Shown here in pieces: positions 57,612-64,000 of a DNA stretch of 64,000 bases (positions are counted from its first letter, which is position 1; every line of letters begins with the position of its first letter). The notes beneath the pieces were generated by a model. It had not been told where the DNA came from, made no database searches, and saw only the letters and a list, made by a program, of their open reading frames with translations. Source of the DNA: a virus (Duplodnaviria > Caudoviricetes); the IMG/VR virus record IMGVR_UViG_3300033074_001909, positions 32,001 through 96,000 of that record. One strand, 5' to 3'. The position numbers and the translations under genes were made by a program.

Positions 57612-57999
57612 CCAGCGATCCGAAGTGGACGCCGAAGATTTCGCCAGCGTGGCGGCGTGCGCTATCCATTTTGTCTCGTCGCTGCCGATTGTGTTCGGCG
57701 AGCAGCTCGAGCGCACCACACTGTGGGATAAGATCGGCGCCGCCCTGGATACCGCTTACGCCAAGACCGCCGCCGATGATTGCGACTTCTTTATCAGTCG
57801 CGTGCTGGAGTCGATCCTGGCTTCTCCGGCGGCCGTCGCTCGCTGTGAGGCCATCGGCCAGGTGATAACGTGGCTCTCCGCTGCGCCGACTGAGATGCGG
57901 CACGCGTGGCTGCAGTACATCGCCACGCACCGCTATGCCGTGCTCGTACGCGCTCGCATGGCCTGGGAGCAGCAGAAGGAGGCTCGCGCCAATGCCTGA
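57526..57999 (+). CDS. type IV-B small subunit (Cas11-like), alpha-helical
   Basis: position between csf1 and csf2; helical composition. Confidence 0.65.
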   Translation: MSSQHQQLPPPLPVLDTEQFRQRLAGLIDQRSEVDAEDFASVAACAIHFVSSLPIVFGEQLERTTLWDKIGAALDTAYAKTAADDCDFFISRVLESILASPAAVARCEAIGQVITWLSAAPTEMRHAWLQYIATHRYAVLVRARMAWEQQKEARANA

Positions 58000-58876
58000 G
58001 ACCTATACGATCCTCTGCGTGAGTGAAGCCGCCTCGCCAATCACGCACATGAGCGGCAGCGCCGGCAATGAGGCGATTATCGCTCGTGCGCCCGTGATGA
58101 CGGATCGCGGGAAACTGTGGATACCATACCTCTCAGGTAATGCCCTGCGCCACCGTTGCGTGCGAGATCCAGGCGTGGATTTCCTTTTGGATCTTTACGA
58201 ACTGCGAGGCAAACTTACACTGCCGCAGCTCAATTTCCTGCGGCACGGCGGAAATCTCACGGAGTCCACCGCACACGAGAACACGGCCCGCATCGCCGAG
58301 ATGAAACGCACTTGGCCGCTACTGCGATTGCTGGGTGGCTCGTTGCCAAACCAGATCCTGGCCGGCAGCCTGCAAGTCTGGCGTGGTGAACTGGTGTGCG
58401 AGGAAAACCGCCAATACCTGGCCACGCTCGGAGACTGGCTGCCCACGCGGCGACTCAAGGCTGCCGAGGAGTTCATCGGGAACTACCAGTACACGCGCGG
58501 CGATGCCGCGAAGTCCGGCGAGGCTCAGGCGGAGGAGGATCGCGAGAGCAATCTGATGATCTTCGCTGGCCAGCAGGTCAATCGTGGCTCGCTGTTTGTG
58601 CATGGCTTCGTGGCGCCTCACGCGTCGCGCGTCGAACTGGGCGCGCTGCTGCTGTCGCTCCGACTCTGGCAGTCCCGCGGCGGGACGATCGGCGGACAAG
58701 CGGCGCGCGGCCACGGCCGGCTGGCGATGTCCCTGGTCGGTGCGATCGACCAGTCGTGTGTGGACGAGTACGTCGAGTACGCGATCAGCGTGCGAGATGC
58801 GGCGATCGCGTGGCTTGAGGACTGCTTTGCGAAGCGAGCCGACAAGCCAGCGAAGACAAAGAAGGTGAAGGCATGA
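57992..58876 (+). CDS. csf2: type IV Csf2 (Cas7-family RAMP)
   Basis: SPITH, IPYLSGNALRH, L.HGG.L, PLLRLLGG, G-loop IGGQAARGHG. Confidence 0.88.
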   Translation: MPETYTILCVSEAASPITHMSGSAGNEAIIARAPVMTDRGKLWIPYLSGNALRHRCVRDPGVDFLLDLYELRGKLTLPQLNFLRHGGNLTESTAHENTARIAEMKRTWPLLRLLGGSLPNQILAGSLQVWRGELVCEENRQYLATLGDWLPTRRLKAAEEFIGNYQYTRGDAAKSGEAQAEEDRESNLMIFAGQQVNRGSLFVHGFVAPHASRVELGALLLSLRLWQSRGGTIGGQAARGHGRLAMSLVGAIDQSCVDEYVEYAISVRDAAIAWLEDCFAKRADKPAKTKKVKA

Positions 58877-59538
58877 GCCTGCTCGTGATCGCGCACCTAT
58901 CGTCGCCGCTGGCCGGTGATGCGCCGATGCTGGACGGACTGCTCGAGTTCGAGATGTCGCAGAGACTCGGTGCGGCGTATAAGGTCCGCCGCGATCAGCC
59001 TGCACCGCCCGCCGGAGCGATCCATATTCCGATGCTGCGGCGCGGTATCGGCGGTTGGAGTGTTCCGCTCTGCTCGTCACCGATCTACACCGCCGAGAGT
59101 GATCGGCATGAGTACATCGGCAAGCGGCTGGCGGTCGAGCACGCCAGTGATTTACGCGAGGATGCACGGCTGGTCGTGGCGATGGGCAACGCGACCTACA
59201 AGTCATATCGCCTACCGCTGCGAGTGAGGAATGTGTCACGCGTGGCGTGGTTCTGCGAGGGGCATCGATCGCCGATTTTGAAGCTGCTCAAATCGGTACA
59301 CGCGATCGGCCGGAAGCGGTCAGATGGATACGGTCGCGTGGCGCGATGGACTGGCGAGAACGTGGATGGCAATCATCACTGGTACGGCGAGAGCGAGCAC
59401 GGCCCGGTGCTCATGCGACCGCTGCCGTTTGGCGACTGGCTGCCGCGCAGCCTGCTCGGCGCGAAGCGAGATTTCGGTGCGGTCGTCGCGCCGTACTGGC
59501 ATCCTGATCGCTATGCGGAGATTGTGGTGCCATGCTGA
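58873..59538 (+). CDS. csf3: type IV Csf3 (Cas5-family RAMP)
   Basis: LSSPL..LDGLL, YKSYRLPL, IGRKRSDGYGRV, MRPLP, PYWH. Confidence 0.85.
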   Translation: MSLLVIAHLSSPLAGDAPMLDGLLEFEMSQRLGAAYKVRRDQPAPPAGAIHIPMLRRGIGGWSVPLCSSPIYTAESDRHEYIGKRLAVEHASDLREDARLVVAMGNATYKSYRLPLRVRNVSRVAWFCEGHRSPILKLLKSVHAIGRKRSDGYGRVARWTGENVDGNHHWYGESEHGPVLMRPLPFGDWLPRSLLGAKRDFGAVVAPYWHPDRYAEIVVPC

Positions 59539-60263
59539 TTCGCACTGCTCGCCACACGGCCGCAGACCTGGCATTGTGGGAGTCGCTCGAGGACGCCGAC
59601 ATTCTGAGGCAGGACGTGGCCGCCTATCGCGCACGGTACGCTGAGGCGCTGCACGCGATCGCCGCGTTTACATCCGCAGGCGAGTGCTACGCCGGCATCA
59701 GTTGGGGGAAGGACTCTACCGTGCTGGCTCATCTGATCCAGTGCGTCGCGCCTGACACGCCACTAGCCTGGACGCGAGTAGAACCGATCGCCAATCCAGA
59801 CTGTGTGCTCGTGCGAGATGCGTTCCTGCGATTGCATCCGCACGCGAACTATCACGAGATCACGGAGTGGTGTGAGTGGCGCGATGGAGAGTGGCACGCC
59901 ACTGGCACGCTCGAAAGCGGCATCGCCAAGTGCCGAGAACGATGGGGAGAGCGGACGATACTCGGTATTCGAGCCGAGGAGAGCACCCAGCGTGGGTTCC
60001 GCATTTGGCGCCACGGACTATCGACGGATCGGTCGTGTGATCCACTGGGACGCTGGCGCATCGAGGACGTGATGACCTGCCTGGCAATCGAGGGACTGCC
60101 GGTGCATCCGGCTTACGCCATGCTGGGAGGCGGGCGCTGGCCGCGAGAGCAACTGCGGGTCTCGTCGCTCGGCGGTCGTCGCGGCGATGGCCTCGGGCGA
60201 GCAGAGTGGGAGCGCGAGTATTACGGCGATGTGGTGCGACGGCTGGCCATGACGGACACCTGA
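59532..60263 (+). CDS. CysH/PAPS-reductase-family protein associated with type IV-B
   Basis: PP-loop SWGKDS, LGIRAEES, PLGRW..DV. Confidence 0.85.
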   Translation: MLIRTARHTAADLALWESLEDADILRQDVAAYRARYAEALHAIAAFTSAGECYAGISWGKDSTVLAHLIQCVAPDTPLAWTRVEPIANPDCVLVRDAFLRLHPHANYHEITEWCEWRDGEWHATGTLESGIAKCRERWGERTILGIRAEESTQRGFRIWRHGLSTDRSCDPLGRWRIEDVMTCLAIEGLPVHPAYAMLGGGRWPREQLRVSSLGGRRGDGLGRAEWEREYYGDVVRRLAMTDT

Positions 60264-60268
60264 ACGTA

Positions 60269-60493
60269 TTAATTGCGGCGATACTGCGTGGATTCGCGCG
60301 ACGCTTCCACCAGGTCGATCAGGTGATTGACCAGTTCGGTGAGCATCTCATTCCGCCGCAAATCCGCAATCCGCTCCATGCGTTTATCGGCCGGCAAGGC
60401 CAGCAGCCCGTCCAGGCAGGACTGGCAGAGCGGAATCGGCGAGGCCGACGGAGCCAGTTCACACAGACACGATTGGCAGAGGTGACTTAGCAT
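60269..60493 (-). CDS. small Zn-finger protein
   Basis: two CQSC motifs. Confidence 0.55.
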   Translation of the reverse strand: MLSHLCQSCLCELAPSASPIPLCQSCLDGLLALPADKRMERIADLRRNEMLTELVNHLIDLVEASRESTQYRRN

Positions 60494-60513
60494 GGATTTG
60501 CGTCGGCGGTGTC

Positions 60514-60610
60514 TTGACGAAATTTCGCCGTTATTCTAAATAACATACTCGCGACCAGAAATTGCGGTACTTCGAACAGAAGCCCGTCGGGAAACCGGCG
60601 GGCTTTTTTT
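60514..60610 (+). promoter_or_regulatory. promoter-leader-terminator element, copy 2
   Basis: TTGACGAAATTTCGCCGTT...AAGCCCGTCGG-GAAA-CCGGCGGGCTTTTTTT. Confidence 0.75.
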
Positions 60611-60632
60611 GTTTCTTGAGGGAGTATTGGTT

Positions 60633-60908
60633 ATGGCTGACCCGGTAGTTCGAGACGGATTCGAAATCTCCGGCTCCACCGCGCGGCGCAACCAGCAATC
60701 CAACGCTCCCGTCGGATTTGAATATTACGACACGACCGTCCGCAAGCTGTTCGTGATGGGCCCGCGCGGCTGGGAGCACGTCGGAACCGAAGAGGAGCAG
60801 TCCAGTAGTTCCTCCTCGTCGTCGTCCTCGTCGTCGCTGTCCAGCCAATCCAGTAGCTCCCTCAGTTCGCAGAGTTCTTCTTCGAGTAGCTCGAGTTCCC
60901 AAAGCTAA
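60633..60908 (+). CDS. small protein with poly-Ser tail, paralog 1
   Basis: VVRDGFEISGSTARRN..YYDT..VMGP.GWE then EEEQ-poly-Ser. Confidence 0.7.
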   Translation: MADPVVRDGFEISGSTARRNQQSNAPVGFEYYDTTVRKLFVMGPRGWEHVGTEEEQSSSSSSSSSSSSLSSQSSSSLSSQSSSSSSSSSQS

Positions 60909-60922
60909 GGCACGGTTGACCC

Positions 60923-61123
60923 ATGGTAGTTCGAGACGGATTCGAAATCTCCGGCTCCACCGCGCGGCGCAACCTAATGTCCAACGCGCCGGTCGGACAC
61001 CGGTATTACGACACCGACCACCGGCACCTGTACGTGATGGGACCAGCCGGTTGGGAACGCGTCGCCGAGGAAGAGCAGTCGAGTTCCAGCAGTTCCAGTT
61101 CGTCCAGCAGTTCGTCGAGTTGA
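60923..61123 (+). CDS. small protein with poly-Ser tail, paralog 2
   Basis: tandem duplicate of 60633..60908. Confidence 0.7.
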   Translation: MVVRDGFEISGSTARRNLMSNAPVGHRYYDTDHRHLYVMGPAGWERVAEEEQSSSSSSSSSSSSSS

Positions 61124-61133
61124 TTTTAGCTGC

Positions 61134-62843
61134 ATGAACACCGTCACGCCAATGCGACCGAAGCGCACGCGGGGGAACCCCACCGAGGACGGCGAGTTCG
61201 TGGTCTTCGAGCACGTGCCGATCTTCGATGAGCACGAGGGTGATGACGGCGTGGTGTACGACGAACGGCTGCTGCGGGCCATTGCCGACAACTGCAACCG
61301 CCGCATCCAGACCACCGGCGACTGGTGCCCGGCCGTGGTAGCGCACACCCGCGACCGCGAGGACAAGGCCACCGTCGATGACGATCCCCAGGTGATCGGG
61401 CTGTGCGGTCCGTTCTACGTGGCGGACTTCACGAATGGCGATGGACGGCAGGTTAAAGCGATTCACTGCCACTTTTGGATCTTCCCCGAGGAAGAGAAGA
61501 CCTTCCTGCGAAACCCGCGCCGCAGCGTGGAAATCTGGCCCGAGGAGCGTCCGGAAGACCGGTATTTCGATCCCATCGCCTTGCTGGGCGCGGAAACGCC
61601 CAAGCGCGACCTGGGCATGATCTACAGCCGCCGGCGACCGGGCCGCGAGCCATCTCGGCGGTGCATGGCGGGGCCGCTGCGATACGCGAAGCGTTCGACG
61701 AAGCCGCTGCGGTACGAGGAAGGCGGCGGGGTCGCCAGCACCCCGGGCGGGAACAATACGTTCATTCCGGGGGCCGTCGAGATCCCCAAGAAGAAGAAAC
61801 CACTTCAGCACGCGAAAGGATCATCGCCCATGGCGCTATCACCGGATGATATCAGCCAAATCGTCGAAGCCCTGCGGCCGACGATTGAATCGATTGTCGA
61901 TGAGCGGATGGGGCCGGCGGACCTGGGCAATGACGCCGATCTTGGCGCAGCCCCCGACTTGGGTGGCGCTCCGGACATGGGTGGCGCGGATCTGGGTGGT
62001 GCCCCGGGCGGCGACATGGACGACGTGCCGAACTACGACGACATGGACGAGGAGTCGAAGCTCTACAGCCGCGGACTGGGCCGCAAATACATGCGGTACA
62101 AGAAGGACGAGGGCTGGGATGAGGACGGCGAGTCGTCGTTCATGGCCACGCTCGACGACGACGACAAGGGGAAACTCGGGTCGTACATGAAGTACATGTG
62201 CGACGACGATGACTCGAAGAAGCGGTATGCCGAGCGGTATGCCAAGAGCCCCATCGGCGGCACGGACCTCACCGAGTCGGGCCCGATGGCCACCGGCGAA
62301 ATGAAAGACGGCGAGCCCACGCGTTACGGGAAGGGGATGCCCATGAATTACCAGAAGTTGCGTCAGGAACGCGACGAAGCCGCGGCCAAGTATTCCAAAC
62401 TGAACCGCGAGCACCAGGAACTGAAGCAGAAGTACGCCAAGCAGGAAGGCGAACTGGCGACCGTCCGCCAGAAGGAACGCTATTCCCGCCGGCTGTCGCA
62501 ACTCAAGGATCTCGAGCCGGAGTACGCGTTCGACGCCGAAGAGGAAATGTCCCTCACCGAGGATTTTTCCGACGACCAGTTCACGCGGCACCTGGATGTG
62601 ATCAAGACGCGGTACGCCAAGGTTAGCGGCCAGACGATGCCCACCGAGCGGGAGCGGCCCTTACCATCGCCCGCCCAGGAAAAGCAGCAGCGGTACGCCA
62701 AGCAGGCCACGGATCTGGTGCAGCGCTACCGCAAGGCAGGCCGCAGCATTGATTACGGCAAGCTGCTGGATCACCTGATCGAGAATCACGGCCAGGTGAA
62801 CGAAGACAAACTGTTCCAGTCCAACGGCCACGCGGCCGCCTGA
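61134..62843 (+). CDS. prohead protease-scaffold fusion (Mu I-like)
   Basis: VPIFDEH, IADNCN, VVAHT, PRRSVEI, IALLGAETP; acidic linker and coiled coil; upstream of the capsid genes. Confidence 0.78.
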   Translation: MNTVTPMRPKRTRGNPTEDGEFVVFEHVPIFDEHEGDDGVVYDERLLRAIADNCNRRIQTTGDWCPAVVAHTRDREDKATVDDDPQVIGLCGPFYVADFTNGDGRQVKAIHCHFWIFPEEEKTFLRNPRRSVEIWPEERPEDRYFDPIALLGAETPKRDLGMIYSRRRPGREPSRRCMAGPLRYAKRSTKPLRYEEGGGVASTPGGNNTFIPGAVEIPKKKKPLQHAKGSSPMALSPDDISQIVEALRPTIESIVDERMGPADLGNDADLGAAPDLGGAPDMGGADLGGAPGGDMDDVPNYDDMDEESKLYSRGLGRKYMRYKKDEGWDEDGESSFMATLDDDDKGKLGSYMKYMCDDDDSKKRYAERYAKSPIGGTDLTESGPMATGEMKDGEPTRYGKGMPMNYQKLRQERDEAAAKYSKLNREHQELKQKYAKQEGELATVRQKERYSRRLSQLKDLEPEYAFDAEEEMSLTEDFSDDQFTRHLDVIKTRYAKVSGQTMPTERERPLPSPAQEKQQRYAKQATDLVQRYRKAGRSIDYGKLLDHLIENHGQVNEDKLFQSNGHAAA

Positions 62844-62912
62844 AAGGAATGACCACCGCCGTGAGGCGGAGTTAGTCCCCACAACCGACGTTTTCACGGC
62901 ACTCTGACATAG

Positions 62913-62957
62913 AGCCCGGCGCATTCCCACCACGGGGGTGTTAGCCGGGCTTTTTTT
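62913..62957 (+). terminator. leader terminator upstream of the decoration/capsid genes
   Basis: AGCCCGGC...GCCGGGCTTTTTTT. Confidence 0.65.
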
Positions 62958-62985
62958 GTTGGACCAAGCAAGAGGAGTAAGGCAC

Positions 62986-63375
62986 ATGGATGGTCCCACG
63001 GTGCGAGCCAGCGGGAATATCAACCCTGCCCGTTTCGTCACGATCGACGGGGTGTTTTCGGTCGCGGAAAGCAACTCGGGCGACACGAAGTTGCTCGGGA
63101 TCACCAACGAGAACACGCGCAACGCGCCTGACGCAAATGGCTCGAGCTACCACGCCATCGCGGGCGAGGCGCCGACGCTCCGCCGGCCTGGGCAGTTCTG
63201 CAAGCTCAAGATCGGCTCGGGCGGCTGCACCGCCGGCGACTTCCTCAAGCCGGATAACTCGGGCCAGGGCGTGACGGCCACCACCGGCGCCGTCGCCGGA
63301 GCACAGGCCATGGAAACCGCTTCGGAAGGCGAGTTGGCGGAAGTGCAAGTCCTGTTTCCGACCTACGTGGCGTAA
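62986..63375 (+). CDS. head decoration / capsid cement protein
   Basis: GAGGAG SD; ASGNINPARFV..G..AGD.LKPDNSGQGV..AGAQAME. Confidence 0.75.
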   Translation: MDGPTVRASGNINPARFVTIDGVFSVAESNSGDTKLLGITNENTRNAPDANGSSYHAIAGEAPTLRRPGQFCKLKIGSGGCTAGDFLKPDNSGQGVTATTGAVAGAQAMETASEGELAEVQVLFPTYVA

Positions 63376-63446
63376 GTCGCACAGCGTTGTGTGCCCTTCG
63401 GTGTAACGGGGCACGAAGTGTTCACAACCATAACGGAGTATGAGAC

Positions 63447-64000
63447 GTGCCTACATCAACACCTGCCGATCGTACCACCTACATCCCGGATCATGCCGCC
63501 AGCGGCAAGCTGGTGGTGGATTTCAGCCGGAACCCCAAGGACTTCAAACTGGCGGAATATTGCCAGTACATCCCCACGAAGAAGACCGAAGGGCGCTACG
63601 TCAAGATGACGGTCGAGCAAGCCGGCCGCATCCGCAACACCAACCTGGCCGACTTCCTGTGGCCGGACAGCGCGGACGCTCCGAAGGGCTTCGGTAACCT
63701 GGAGACGTTCAGTTGGGAATCGTACGTCGCCAAGCGGTACGCGTTTCCCTTCACGGTCGGCGAACTGGGTGTCGAGCAGGCCTCGTGGGACGTGCTGGCC
63801 AAGCATGCTCGGGACATGGCGCAGCTCGCCATCACGGCTCGCACGCAGGCCGTGATCACGCTGGCGACCACCTCGGGCAACTACGACGCAGCCCATACGT
63901 CGGCTGTCTCGTCGATTTCGGGCGTGACCGGCAAGTGGGACGTGTCGACGACAGCGCGCATGGATATCAAGCGGAGTTTTGACTACGCCGCTGAAACGAT
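63447..64000 (+). CDS. major capsid protein (3'-truncated)
   Basis: GTG start after GGAG; frame open to the window end (TYIPDHAASGKLVVDFSRNPKDFKL...); position after protease and decoration genes. Confidence 0.75.
   Translation, partial: MPTSTPADRTTYIPDHAASGKLVVDFSRNPKDFKLAEYCQYIPTKKTEGRYVKMTVEQAGRIRNTNLADFLWPDSADAPKGFGNLETFSWESYVAKRYAFPFTVGELGVEQASWDVLAKHARDMAQLAITARTQAVITLATTSGNYDAAHTSAVSSISGVTGKWDVSTTARMDIKRSFDYAAET

Noticed and set aside
59532-60263. Sulfate-assimilation auxiliary gene (true cysH) or DndC
   Set aside because: Translationally coupled to csf3 as in type IV-B loci; no other cys or dnd genes present
63391-63982. ORF-track calls 63391..63609, 63440..63697 and 63713..63982
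   Set aside because: The credible gene is the third frame from GTG 63447, open to the window end, which the track missed because it lacks a stop

Overview
A 64-kb GC-rich segment of a large tailed-phage (Caudoviricetes-like) genome or prophage. The host is probably a Planctomycete, an inference from the CsrA copies, an RHH/HicB-like protein and secreted CxxCH proteins. No integrase or att site is visible. Order of modules: (1) 1-16.2 kb is an early/middle region with two CsrA paralogs, a C5 DNA methyltransferase whose motifs are split over two overlapping frames, ASCH, DUF5131, an SMC-like ATPase, a YqaJ + RecT recombination pair, a ParB-fused replication initiator, an RNA ligase, tRNA-Arg(TCT), a tRNA-like RNA with a 41-nt anticodon-loop insert and a ~390-nt structured non-coding region. 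(2) 16.3-32.9 kb holds late operons: virion-accessory proteins, an M10 peptidase, two CxxCH proteins, a holin-like gene, a beta-helix protein, TerS, and TerL with an intein that hides an out-of-frame HNH gene. (3) At 32.9-33.1 kb is a 3-repeat CRISPR mini-array plus an inverted fourth repeat, followed by a minus-strand cluster of small early genes. (4) A 2,150-aa portal-polyvalent fusion (portal, PPase-like domain, SF2 helicase with a class 3 intein, DUF5661) and a 1,690-aa polyvalent protein flank an inserted J-domain/kinase-like + vWA + divergent PurA cassette. (5) A complete type IV-B CRISPR effector operon (csf1-cas11-csf2-csf3-cysH) precedes the head genes (protease/scaffold, decoration protein, partial major capsid). 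The best candidates for undescribed biology are the type IV-B operon with a distant mini-array/anti-repeat, portal-fused cargo polyproteins punctuated by Y-[A/S/G]-[K/R] motifs also found in the protease-scaffold, the kinase-vWA-PurA-like cassette, the nested HNH gene and the ncRNA cluster beside the RNA ligase. All family assignments come from motif recognition by eye; no searches were run.
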